Shown here: piece after piece, positions 1 through 12,823 of the stretch
Layout of the letters: every line of letters starts with the position of its first letter
Position numbering within the stretch: the stretch's first letter is position 1
From: Eledone cirrhosa
Lineage: Eukaryota
Direction of reading: 5' to 3'
Assembly (NCBI GenBank): GCA_964016885.1
Contig: OZ024748.1
Span: 11,470,001-11,534,000, forward strand
DNA length: 64,000 nt
Program-made: the position numbers and the translations under genes
Notes under the pieces: generated by a model
What the model was told of the DNA's origin: nothing
The model's database searches: none
What the model saw: the letters and a program-made list of their open reading frames with translations, nothing else

Positions 1-154
1 TGTTTTTCAAGGAGACTGTATAACCAGCAAGTCTCACAGAACGGACAAAACAAATGGTCTGTCACATGGAATATATTTTACCTGGAGACTGCATAACCTT
101 CAACTTAATCGTGTTGAGCTCTGGATGTTTGTGTTTATTTCTCAGGATGTTTGT

Positions 155-908
155 GTAGTTCTGGAAGTGATTGTGGTAGTAATTGTGGTAGTGGTATTAG
201 TTGTGGTTGTGGTTGAGGTTGTGGTTGTAACTGTGGTAGTGGTAGTAGTTGTAGTAGTGGTAGTAGTTGTGGTAGTGGTAGTAGTTGTAGTAGTGGTAGT
301 AGTTGTGGTAGTGGTAGTGGTAGTAACTGTGGTAGTGGTAGTAACTGTGGTAGTGGTTGTAGTAGTGGTTGTGGTAGTGGTTGTCGTTGTGGTTGTAGTA
401 GTGGTTGTAGTAGTGGTTGTGGTAGTGGTTGTAGTAGTGGTTGTGGCAGTGGTTGTGGTAGTGGTTGTGGTATTGATTGTGGTTGTGGCTGTGGTAGGGG
501 TTGTGGCTGTGGTAATGGTTGTAGTTGTGGTTGTGGTAGTGGTAGTGGTTGTGGTTGTAGTAGTGGTTGTGGTAGTGGTTGTGGTAGTGGTTGTGGTTGT
601 AGTAGTGGTTGTGGCAGTGGTTGTGGTATTGATTGTGGTTGTGGCTGTGGTAGGGGTTGTAGTTGTGGTTGTGGTAGTGTTAGTGGTGGCTTTGGTGGTG
701 GCGGTGGTTGTGGTAGTGGTAGTTGTTGTTGTAGTGGCTGCGGTAGTGGTTGTGGAACTGGTTGTGGTGGTAGTTGCAGTAGTGGTTGTGGTAGTGTTAG
801 TGGTGGCTATGGTGGCGGCGGTGTTGTGGTAGTGATAATGGTAGTGGTGCTGGCTGTGGTGGCGGTGGTTGTGGTAGTGGTAGTGGTGGTAATGGTGGCT
901 GTGGTGGC
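155..908. repeat. Degenerate (GTG/GTA/GTT)n trinucleotide microsatellite
   Basis: Direct reading; the poly-Val ORF 125..832 is an artefact of this repeat. Confidence 0.95.
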
Positions 909-1360
909 AAACTTGTATCGGACGATGGTCAGCAGCAATAAATTTAGATTGAAGGGGCCAACTGAAGAAATGGCGGTGTGGAGTTGACCGAATTATTGAT
1001 ATACTAGGGGCAAAGGTGATTATATACGGGGGAGTAAGTCAGGAAGTTGTAACAATGGCAGAGATTCTATGGTAGTGGACGGCGGGGGGAGGGGTGAAGG
1101 AAGGGTGAAGGAAGGGTGAAGGCGGGGAGAAAGTGGGGGAGGGTAACAGGTGGTAAATATTTTGAATTGATAGTGAAGATGGTGATGATGGGGATGATGA
1201 TGATAGTGATGAGGAAGAAGAAGAAGAAGAAGAAGAGGAGGTGAAGGAGGTGAGGAAGATGATGATGATCGTGTTGGGGGGTGGGGGTGGGGTGAGGGGT
1301 AAGGATGAAAATAAGAAGGATGGCAATAGCGTTTTCATTCCTCTCTTCTTTCTCTCTTCT

Positions 1361-1398
<38 letters not shown>

Positions 1399-1442
1399 AC
1401 ACACACACACACACAAACATGTATATATATATATGTTTGTAT

Positions 1443-1526
<84 letters not shown>

Positions 1527-1724
1527 CATACATTATATATATATATATATATAGCTCTCTATATAACTGCTCTGTAAAACAACTGATGTTATTACATTGA
1601 GCTATTTATCTTACTGGTAATAGGATAGTAATTAATGACTATCTTTCACTATTTAGGGTTTGTATATATAATATATTACCATTAAAGGTTTTATTGCATA
1701 CATAACCATAAATAGTACCCTTAA

Positions 1725-1785
<61 letters not shown>

Positions 1786-1858
1786 CATTATATATATATA
1801 TATATATCAATAAAAATAACAGGAGGCTGGACTGGTGTAAATCCTTGAAAGGTTTACT

Positions 1859-1916
1859 ATACTATGATCATTTCAATGACCGGGTTCCATATGAATCCGG
1901 TGATTTCATCAGGTAT
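1859..1916 (-). ncRNA. Type I hammerhead ribozyme (minimal, palindromic stem III)
   Basis: Reverse strand reads atac-CTGATGA-aatcaccggattc(atatg)gaacccggtcatt-GAAA-tgatca-TA-gtat. Stem I is atac/gtat, stem II is long, stem III is the palindrome ATGATCAT, cleavage triplet AUA. Confidence 0.75.
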
Positions 1917-1921
1917 TCGAA

Positions 1922-2066
1922 ATATAACAAAGGAATATGTAAAAACCATGGGTCCGAAAAATCAGAGACAAAGAGGACGACTGACCAACTAGCTGCCTTC
2001 ACCTCGGCCAGTCGCCCTCAAAGTGTCTCTGATGTTTCGGACCCATGGTTTTTACATATTCCTTTG

Positions 2067-2071
<5 letters not shown>
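1922..2071. repeat. Fold-back inverted repeat (~50-65 bp arms) ending in TTCCTTTGTTATA next to (TA)n
   Basis: atataacaaaggaatatgtaaaaaccatgggtccgaaa ... tttcggacccatggtttttacatattcctttgttatat. Confidence 0.9.
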
Positions 2072-2164
<93 letters not shown>

Positions 2165-2183
2165 CTATCTATTATATATACAT

Positions 2184-2391
2184 ATAACGAAGGAAGTGTG
2201 GTAAGGAACCAGGTGGACCTTAACGCACCAGAGTACTCAATACTTAGGGTAGTAGAGTGGGTAATAGGAATATGTTCAAGACCCCGACGGCAGAGCTCAA
2301 GCCGTTTCGACGGCTATTTCTGGCGTCCAGAAATAGCCGTCGAAACGGCTTGAGCTCTGCTGTCGGGTGGGGGGGGGGTCTTGAACATTTT

Positions 2392-2394
<3 letters not shown>
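2184..2394 (-). mobile_element. Short hammerhead-associated (Penelope-like pLTR) element, family 1, with palindromic end
   Basis: Tail tataacgaagg...gtactcaatacttagggtagtagagtggg recurs at ~7135(-), 20497, 54647, 55342. The palindrome at 2266-2394 carries the hammerhead 3' half GTC-GAAAC-GGC...GTC-GGG on both strands. Flanked by (TA)n. Confidence 0.7.
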
Positions 2395-2447
<53 letters not shown>

Positions 2448-2622
2448 TGTATATATATATATATATATATATATATGCTTTGGGAGGGTCATGTTGCCAA
2501 TAAGAAACACACGCACCAGTTGCTTTTACTCCAATTTATTATAAATTCAATTTATAAATTTAAGAATTTATAAATTTCCGGTTGGTTGGTTGGTCCCATA
2601 ACCGGACAGTTGTTCATATATT

Positions 2623-2665
2623 GTCAAAGTTCTTTCGTCACACATTCTGTGACTTCTTCAGTGAC
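2623..2665 (-). ncRNA. Type I hammerhead ribozyme (mirror copy in palindrome arm)
   Basis: Reverse complement gtca-CTGAAGA-a-gtcac(agaatgt)gtgac-GAAA-gaac-TT-tgac. Confidence 0.65.
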
Positions 2666-2783
2666 TGGGGATTCTTTTCTTTGTTTTGTGCCTCTCCTCT
2701 GTTCTGTCCTACGCCACACACAAAAACAAGATGACGTAGGACAGAACAAAGGAGAGGCACAAAAACAAAGAAAAGAATCCCCA

Positions 2784-2826
2784 GTCACTGAAGAGGTCAC
2801 AGAATGTGTGACGAAAGAACTTTGAC
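2784..2826 (+). ncRNA. Type I hammerhead ribozyme (minimal)
   Basis: gtca-CTGAAGA-g-gtcac(agaatgt)gtgac-GAAA-gaac-TT-tgac. Stem I gtca/tgac, 5-bp stem II, weak 2-bp stem III, triplet CUU. Confidence 0.65.
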
Positions 2827-3340
2827 AATATATGAACAACCGTCCGGTTATGGAACCAACCAACTGAAAATTTATAAATTTAATTTATAATAAATTGGAG
2901 TGAAAGCAACTGGTGTGTGTGTTTCTTATTGGCAACATGACCCTCCCAAAGTATAACAATATCGGTTTCAACACACGATTTCAGATAAAGAATCTTGCTA
3001 AACAAATTCAGAAACGAAATATATATATATAGGCATGTATTGTATGTTATTTTTCGTTTGTTTTATTTTATGTGTGTTTTTGTTTGTTTTCACCCCCTCC
3101 CACCCCACCCCCGTCACTGCCATCTGCCATTTTTTTCTTGTTTTTTTTTTCAAGTTTATCTCACAGTCTATTGGATATCTGACAGACATCTCAGAGACCA
3201 ACCGGTTCCAATGTCAGAATCTCTTGAACCAATTATTGATTTTTTTTTCTGAACAATTCCACATCGAATTCATCATTCGATATCATTAAAGTTAAGTCAA
3301 AGATATTCCTAATTAAAAAAATACACAATAATAATAATAA

Positions 3341-3470
3341 TAATTGTTTCTACTTTAGGCACAAGGCCAGCAATTTTTGAAGGGGAGAGGAAAATTCGAT
3401 TAAATCGACCTCAGTTTATTACTGGTGCTTTATTTTATCGACCTCGCATGGATGAAAGGCGGGATTTGAA
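3341..3470 (-). mobile_element. tRNA-derived SINE family B, 3' fragment
   Basis: Matches the recurrent gcctttcatcc..ggtcgataaaataaagtaccag...ggccttgtgcctaaagtagaaacaatt motif on the reverse strand. Confidence 0.75.
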
Positions 3471-3586
3471 ATTATATATAAGTATATAACTACACACCAT
3501 ATATAAATAAACACGTACACATATAGATACAAACGCGTACACACGTACACACATATATAAATATATATGTGTATATATATATATAA

Positions 3587-3670
<84 letters not shown>

Positions 3671-3769
3671 GCAGCCCATGTACACAGCCCACACAAAACA
3701 AGATAGTGTAAGACAAAACAAAAGAGACACAAATCAACAACAAAAGTATTCACTGAGAAGGTCACAGAA

Positions 3770-3811
<42 letters not shown>

Positions 3812-3865
3812 CATATATATATATATACATATATATACATATATATATACATGTATATATGTGAA

Positions 3866-4077
3866 GGCGTGTGGCTGAGTGGTTAGAGAATTGGATTCGC
3901 AATCGTAAGGTTGTGAGTTCGATTCCTGGACCAGGCGATGCGTTATGTCCTTGAGCAAGACACTTTATTTCACGTTGCTCCTTCTACCTGGAGTTGCGAC
4001 CGATAGATAGTATTAGCAATTGGAAAGACCAACGGAAACATTGTTCCCTCGGTCCGATTTGACGAAAGTCGATCGTT
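3866..4077 (+). mobile_element. tRNA-derived SINE family A
   Basis: A box TGGCTGAGTGG, B box GAGTTCGATTCC, then gtccttgagcaagacacttt (V-SINE-like). Near-identical copy at 28890. Confidence 0.85.
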
Positions 4078-4087
4078 CTTTTCTTTT

Positions 4088-4151
<64 letters not shown>

Positions 4152-5126
4152 TACTTTGTCTAATGCCTAAGAAACCATATTATTCGATTCGATTCTATGA
4201 AAATTAAAATATTCTATTCAATTAATTGAACTGCTCTGTTCGATGTACTTTTATAAACGCATGAAAATACGTATTGTAACTCAGATTGTAATAACAAATG
4301 CTACGGTGTTTCTAACGGCATTTAATACAATGATAACAGCTTCTTACATTAGTACAAGAGAACAACATATTTGTTGGAGATGTTGGTATGTATAGGTGAC
4401 CGAATCGATTCTATTATACTCGGATTGTATCGATCTTTGAGAAATGAATGAGAAAATTAGAATCCAAGAGAGATTTGAAATGAAACCTTAGGGGAATGAA
4501 ACTGAATAAATTTGTAAGCATTTAGTTCGATACTACACCGTTTTTATCACTCTACCGCCGCCATTTTCTCTAATGGAAACATAGTAGAACATATCTCTGC
4601 AATAACCAATTCTGTTATGATACAATAATCACAATAATATGATTAGATTAAGTCACAAACAGATGTGCCTTGTCAAAATGTAATAATAATCGCATGTTTA
4701 GAAAACAAAACAATATCCATTAGTCATATTTGATATATCTATCGTAAAATTAAAGTTAGCTCGGCTTAAACAATACATTTTCATATAATAAATTTAAATG
4801 TGGGACATTAAATTTATAGGATTTAAACAGAAAAAAACAAAGAAAACAAAAAAAATCAAGCTAAATGGTAAATTAAATTGAGCTTCTATCTGAGAGACGT
4901 TCTATTAGACATGAGCTCAAAGTTCTATCGTTGAGACCTCTGGCATCATTTGGTCCCCAGACTACTGATTTCCCTCGTAAAATTAGAAAGACGGCGGTCC
5001 ACTTGAGGAAAGAGCGCCTTGAGGTGGGGCGGCTGTTGTAACGGGTGTCTCTGGCCATTCTCTGCGGTAATGCTTTTGCCACTTTGTTCACAAGGCGCAG
5101 CTGAGGCACAGCTTAGACTGGGGTCT

Positions 5127-5190
<64 letters not shown>

Positions 5191-5997
5191 CTCTCCCTTT
5201 CTTTCGTTGCTTGATCCTTTTTTCTTTTTCTTCTTTTCATTTCAATTGTTTTTGTTCGTTTCCTTTAATAGTGTGGTTTGTTTCTGTACAAACAGCTTTG
5301 TAGAATAAAATGAAGACTATAACATAATATATTGGACTATGGTCAAAACTGGAATACTTTTGATCATCAGTGTCTTCGTACATATCTCACCAGGGCTAAA
5401 CAATAACATCGGCGTGCACTGATTTCTCACTTTTGACTGTGTCGATTGAATGAATTCATTAGCACATGAATTTGGGTAATATTGCTAGTGTATTGATTGG
5501 AATATTATAAAAGCTCGCAGAGAAACATTTATCATCAAGAAAGTATTGAACTGAAAATAACATTCATGAATACACAAAATGGAGAGAAGAAAATTTTCCA
5601 AAGTATAGTCAGCCACATGAATGATGAATAACTGTTAAGGTTCCTCAAACTTGTATAGGGTTAATTATTACTAGGCCAACAGTCAACCGTACATGGTGAT
5701 GTGACAAAATTTCACAATTTACTGCACAGGCTAGCAGTGAAATAATATCGAACATATTCAGATAGCAATTTTGTACGGTAAATGATTTAAATCATACAAC
5801 TGAAGTATTTCTGATTGTCTTCTCTTGTATAGAATAATGTTGCACTTAGCGATATTGGTTCTTACATTCATTTCTATATTAAATAAGAACATAATATAAT
5901 GAGAATGAAATTGAGCTCTGTAAATGGAACCTAAGTTCAACACGTTCCTCAGACAGCTATATATGTGTATGTATATAGATATGAATATATATATATT

Positions 5998-6123
<126 letters not shown>

Positions 6124-6330
6124 CGTGTGTGAGAAAAACCACAGACCCTCCATCTCAACTCTACTTTTGAAAAGCAGAAGAACTGCGAAACCGGTAAAGG
6201 AACCAAATAAATATATATATTTTTTTAAATAAGACTCCAGTTGCATTTTCGATTTCATCTTTTTTTCTTTATACTTTCACTCGTGTAGGACACCGGCTAT
6301 TTTTCATTTTGTAAAAAAACCCCACTTTCT

Positions 6331-6471
<141 letters not shown>

Positions 6472-6618
6472 ATATATATAATATATATATATATATATGT
6501 ATATATATGTATGTATATATAGATAGATAGATAGATATGTATGTATATATATAGATATATATATGTATATATATATGTATGTATATATATAGATAGATAG
6601 GTATATGTATATATATAT

Positions 6619-6664
<46 letters not shown>

Positions 6665-6692
6665 GTGTGTGTGTGGGGGGTGGGGTGGGGGT

Positions 6693-6850
6693 CCGGGTCC
6701 AATCGGGGGTAACCAGAGTAAGTAAAGTACTCAATATATTGATAGAGTGTAAACAACAAATTTAATATCCAAATGGTTTCTACAAGACTAGATCTGTTTC
6801 ATTTGAATGAAACAGATCTAGTCTTGCAGAACCCATTTCTACATTAAATT
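6693..6850 (-). mobile_element. Hammerhead-associated element family 2 with fold-back palindrome (6759-6850)
   Basis: ttctacaagactagatctgtttcatt/tg/aatgaaacagatctagtcttgcagaa. Arms match the 3' half of the hammerhead at 61773. The tail matches 11470-11533 and 16755-16818. Confidence 0.7.
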
Positions 6851-6853
6851 TGT

Positions 6854-6935
<82 letters not shown>

Positions 6936-6970
6936 TATATATATATACACACGCACACAAACACACACAG

Positions 6971-7069
<99 letters not shown>

Positions 7070-7092
7070 CACACGCACACAAACACACACAG

Positions 7093-7136
<44 letters not shown>

Positions 7137-7204
7137 CTACTACCCTAAGTATTGAGTACTTTGGTGCGTCATGGTCCACCTGGTTCCTTACCACATTTCC
7201 TTCG

Positions 7205-7250
<46 letters not shown>

Positions 7251-7499
7251 ACAACAATTTCTTTTTATATCAGTTACGTCATCCTACAAATGTTTCAGTG
7301 TAGCAATCAACCAATCAACTACTCCCAGGAACTTATGTAACATATCTTAAGAAACACACCTCCGATGAAAGGTTAATATCTAGAAACTGACAAACATCAT
7401 TACCGCATACATCCCATAGAACAATGCATAGCACATTGAGACCTAATGTTGGTGAGACACGAAACATATTTGTAGAAATTCTTAATTTTCTTAATTAAT

Positions 7500-7577
<78 letters not shown>

Positions 7578-7604
7578 ATATGCACATAAATATATATATA
7601 TATG

Positions 7605-7644
<40 letters not shown>

Positions 7645-7775
7645 TATGTATGTATATATACACACGCACATACACACACATACCCACATATTATATATAT
7701 ACGTGTATATACATACATATATACATATATATATATACGCATATATATATATATATATATACACATATATATATT

Positions 7776-7807
<32 letters not shown>

Positions 7808-7832
7808 AATATATATATGTATGTATATATAT

Positions 7833-7869
<37 letters not shown>

Positions 7870-8524
7870 TGCATATATATATGTATATATGTATGTATAT
7901 ATACGTATGTATATATATATATATGCATATATATATATATGTATATATGTATATATATACACGTATATATATAATATATCGTATATATATAATATGTGGG
8001 TATGTGTGTGTATCTGCGTGTGTGTACGTGTGTGTGTATGTGTTTGCGTGTGCGTGTGTGTGTATGTGTCTATGTGTGTATGTGTGTATGTGTTTAAGCT
8101 CAAGATTACAAAATATTTTAGAAGATTAAATTCTATGAATAATGGAAAAGAAGTAACAGACACAAGCGACATTCTTAGTTCTCTGATGTTGTTAACTCTT
8201 TATCTGAGGAAGTCAGAGTGTCTACCAATTTATGTATGTATGTATGTATGTATGTATGTAGGTATGTATGTATGTATGTATGTAGGTATGTATGTATGTA
8301 TGTATGTACGTATGTATGTATGTATATACAGTATGTATGTATGTATGTATGTATGTATGTATGTATGTATGTATGTATGTATGTATGTATGTATGTATGT
8401 ATGTATGTATGTTTGTATGTACGTACGTATGTATGTATGTATGTATGTATGTATGTATGTATGTATATATGTATGTATGTATGTATGTATGTACAGTATG
8501 TATGTATGTATGTACGTATGTATG

Positions 8525-9060
8525 TATGTGTCAATAATTGTCACAAGTGTAGTGTTTGTACCAGAGTTTTCAAGTCGCTGGCTGGACTAAAAAGTCACAC
8601 TCGTTCAGCGCATCGGTAGGGGTTTTCCTACATGGATATAAAGTAGTGGCCGTACTCGAAAACGAGTTGGCAGCCACCATGTATATACAGTATGTATGTA
8701 TGTATGTATGTATGTATGTATGTATGTATGTATGTATGTATGTTGACTTGTTCTTCTTTTTGGTAAATATCATCTTGGTTAAGAGAGTGGGACTGGCTTT
8801 GTGCAGTGCCTTTGCTCACTATAAAAGCTTCTCGGCACAGGCATTGCTTTATATCTGGAGATCTCTCTGCACATGTCGTCACATGGTACCATGGGCCCAG
8901 CACTATGTGTCAATAATTGTCACAAGTGTAGTGTTTGTACCAGAGTTTTCAAGTAGCTGGCTGGACTAAAAACTCACACATGTTCAGCGCATCGATAGGG
9001 GTTCTCCTACATGGATATAAAGTAGTGGCCGTACTCGAAAACGGGTTGGCAGCCACCATG
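8525..9060 (+). mobile_element. Two 5'-truncated tandem copies of the non-autonomous RTE-type element in (TATG)n
   Basis: Copies at 8525-8680 and 8740-9060. Encodes [22 protein letters not shown] (RTE-type C-terminal C2H2 finger). The 3' stem-loop is followed by (ATGT)n. Confidence 0.75.
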
Positions 9061-9754
9061 TATGTATGTACGTTTTTATATACAGTATGTATGTATGTAT
9101 GTATGTATGTATGTATGTATGTATGTATGTATGTATGTATGTACGTTTGTATGTGTGTATGTATGTATGTATGTACATTATGTATGTATGTATGTATCTA
9201 CAGTATGTATGGATCGATGGATGCATGGATGTGTGTGTGTATGTATATATGACTGTATGTATGTATGTAGGCATGTATATATCTATCTATGTATTATGTA
9301 CGTATGCATGTATCTGTATGCGTGTATGTATGTATGTAGGCATTTGTATGTATGTATGAATGTATGTATGAATGTATGTATGTATGTATGTACAGTATGT
9401 ATGGATGGATGGATGCGTGTATGTATGACTGTATGAATCTATGTATGTGTGTATGCATGTATGTACGTATGTATGTACAGTATGTATGTATGTATTTTAT
9501 AGGTATTTACATATATATAAGTATGTGTGAATGTTTGTATGTATGTACGTGCATAAGTATGTATGTGCAGTATGTATGTATAGATGGATGAATGCATGTA
9601 TGTATTTATGTATATAAGTATGTATGTATATTTATATGTATGTATGTGTAAATATATATATGTGTGTAAGTATCCATGCTTGTGTCTTTGGTTATAGTTC
9701 TTCTTCTTCTTGCGTCTAGTTCTTCTTCTTCTTCTTCTTATTATTATTATTATT

Positions 9755-9832
<78 letters not shown>

Positions 9833-10221
9833 GCTGCTGCTGCTTCTGCGGTTGTTGTTGTTTCGTTTGTTTAAAGAATTATCTTTTTTTGTTTTTCTTC
9901 TTGTGCCAATCCTTTGAATTCGGACAGATAGAAAACCGATAAGAAGCATTTGTGTGTTTGTTTTCAATGAACATTGATTAAAACTTTAATTAATTTCTTA
10001 TCAGAATTCACTTTGCAAGTGTGGCGCCATCTATTGTTCTTGGACGGAAACATTATTCTATTCTTCTTCTTTATTTTTTATCTACTTTCTTTCAAAACTA
10101 GAAGCAACTGTTAAAATTGTAAAAGACGTTTGACATCTTTAGGTGGCTGCAAAAAAACAAAACAAAAGAAAAAAACCGACAAAACAAAATAAGAAGAAAA
10201 GAAATATTTGTTGAAAATAAA

Positions 10222-10410
10222 TATTAGAGAATTTGGATTTACACTCGTGAGGTTGCGAGTTTGATTCCTAGAGTGAGCAATGAGTTATGTCTTTGAGCAA
10301 GATACTTTATCTCACGTGCTCCTTCTGCCAGCAGTTTCGACTGGTAGATGGTATCAGGAATTAGAAAGACCAATGGAAACATTATTTCCTTGATCCGATG
10401 ACTTGACGAA
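10222..10410 (+). mobile_element. SINE family A, diverged
   Basis: Colinear with 3866-4077. Confidence 0.7.
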
Positions 10411-10722
10411 TTCCATTCTCCATTCGGTAAAGGAACGAGATCTGCTGTCGATTGATCGTTGAATCAATCTTATGTTCATATTTCTGACTACAGTAACTAC
10501 AGTAGAAGAGAAAGGGCGATATATTACCAGTCGACAGAACGTCAGATAGAATGTTTGGGGTGTTTTTTCTGGGTAACTTAGCTTTCGGTTCAAGTCCTGC
10601 CTAGAATAAACTGACAATTGAAAGAGGCGAATTAGACCGGCCAAAACTTCATCTATCAACTTGTTCTTCATAACACACACACACACACAGACACACACAA
10701 CCACACACAAACACACACAAAT

Positions 10723-10761
<39 letters not shown>

Positions 10762-10785
10762 CCAATTTGAAGTAACATTTTGTTG

Positions 10786-10841
<56 letters not shown>

Positions 10842-10900
10842 TGTTACTTCAAATTGGTATATATATATATATATATATATTGTTACTTCAAATTGGTATT

Positions 10901-10935
<35 letters not shown>

Positions 10936-10973
10936 GATATACATATATATATATACATATATATATATATATG

Positions 10974-11020
<47 letters not shown>

Positions 11021-11059
11021 TATACATGATATACATATACATATATATACATGATATAC

Positions 11060-11148
<89 letters not shown>

Positions 11149-11162
11149 CATTTATATATACA

Positions 11163-11196
<34 letters not shown>

Positions 11197-11212
11197 CATA
11201 TATATATATACA

Positions 11213-11323
<111 letters not shown>

Positions 11324-11331
11324 TTACATAC

Positions 11332-11392
<61 letters not shown>

Positions 11393-11409
11393 CATATACA
11401 TATATATAC

Positions 11410-11465
<56 letters not shown>

Positions 11466-11532
11466 TTTTATACTCTGCTATGTATTGAGTACCTTACTTA
11501 CTGTGGTTACCTCCGATTCAACCCGGAATAAC

Positions 11533-11585
<53 letters not shown>

Positions 11586-11671
11586 AACAAATTGTTACTT
11601 CAAATTGTTATGGCGTGAATTACTATGATTATTGTTACCATAATATATGTCTATGGATTCAACTATCAAAG

Positions 11672-11981
11672 TAATTGTTTCTACTTTTGGCACAAGGCCA
11701 GCAATTACCCAGTGCATTACTGGTACCTTATTTTATCGACCCCGTAAGGATGAAAGGCAAAGTCAACCTCGGCGGGATTTGAGATTCAACTATCAAAATA
11801 ATTGTTTCTACTTTAGGCACAAGGCCAGCAATTACCCAGTGCATTACTGGTACTTTATTTTATCGACCCCGTAAGGCTGAAAGACAAAGTCAACCTCGGC
11901 GGGATTTGAACTCAGATCGTAAAGGGACGTAACTCCATGCTGCAAAGCATGGCGTCCGACCCTCTACCGATACTGCCAATC
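11672..11981 (-). mobile_element. SINE family B, partial tandem duplication
   Basis: Two adjacent copies (11672-11781 and 11797-11981), each preceded by gattcaactatcaaa. Confidence 0.85.
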
Positions 11982-12622
11982 CAAATGGTAGCTAAACTTT
12001 CTGCCTTTATGATACTTTTTCCATTTCATGTCATTCGAAGCAGTTATTTCATCAAACTGCAAGAAGCTTATCTCTCGGTTCATGACAGCTGTTATTTGAA
12101 GCAAATATAATAAATTTCGATAAATATTAGAGAAGGATATATGTATATTTATGATGATTATGTATGTAGTATATGTATATACATATACTACATACATAAT
12201 CATCATAAATATATAATACATAATCATAAATATGCATTACAACACAAGTAACAATAGGTTTGGAGTTTGAATCGTAATTTTCTTCCAGAATTAAATTAGA
12301 TTCGTTAGATCGAACGGAAAAAAGTTCCAAAGAGACGTATCGTCAGAATTCTGAGTGACATCTAGTTGACATCTGTTCTATTATCTGGTATAGCTAATAT
12401 TTTGCAACAGTAATCTGCTGACAGGTGCAAGTTAATAGTACTTAACGTGAAATGGATGCTGCAGCCGATAACACTCGTAAATGTATTGCTTATGTTAATA
12501 GATTGCACATTCACACATCATATGTACATCGAACAAATCTCACATGTTTATGTACATACAAATACAAATATGTGTGTGTCTGTGTGTGTATGTGCGTATA
12601 TAAGTACATACACACACACACG

Positions 12623-12689
<67 letters not shown>

Positions 12690-12757
12690 AGGAAGCTCCA
12701 ACCGTTAAGGTTATCTTTTTTCCGGGTATGTCAATATTTATTTATAAAACAAATCTG

Positions 12758-12823
12758 TATTTTATCTGATGAAAGCGCACCATAATTTGCCTTGGTTGCC
12801 CTTGAAATATGTATAATAAAATA
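12758..12823 (+). ncRNA. Type I hammerhead ribozyme (family 3)
   Basis: tattttat-CTGATGA-aagcgcacca...tggttgccctt-GAAA-tatgta-TA-ataaaata. Perfect 8-bp stem I. Flanks are homologous to 19494-19636. Confidence 0.8.

Larger units (their letters stand above)
2478..3020. mobile_element. ~475-bp palindrome (arms ~235 bp) plus ~70-bp unique tail; inverted pLTR-like element
   Basis: 2478-~2715 is the near-exact reverse complement of ~2732-2951. Each arm has a hammerhead. Both ends abut (TA)n. Confidence 0.8.

Noticed and set aside
125-832. Long ORFs of poly-V, YI, CV, MYVC, T/N/P/H type throughout the ORF track (e.g. 7499-8590, 31276-32415, 32851-33534, 56502-57726)
   Set aside because: Stop-free frames produced by micro- and minisatellites, with no protein-like complexity.
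3866-3945. Additional tRNA genes at SINE heads (3866, 28890, family B heads)
   Set aside because: A and B boxes are present but the cloverleaf is imperfect and continues into repeated SINE bodies.
4873-5109. 78-aa ORF vaguely resembling a LINE RT C-terminus
   Set aside because: Diagnostic motifs are not clearly recognisable without a search.
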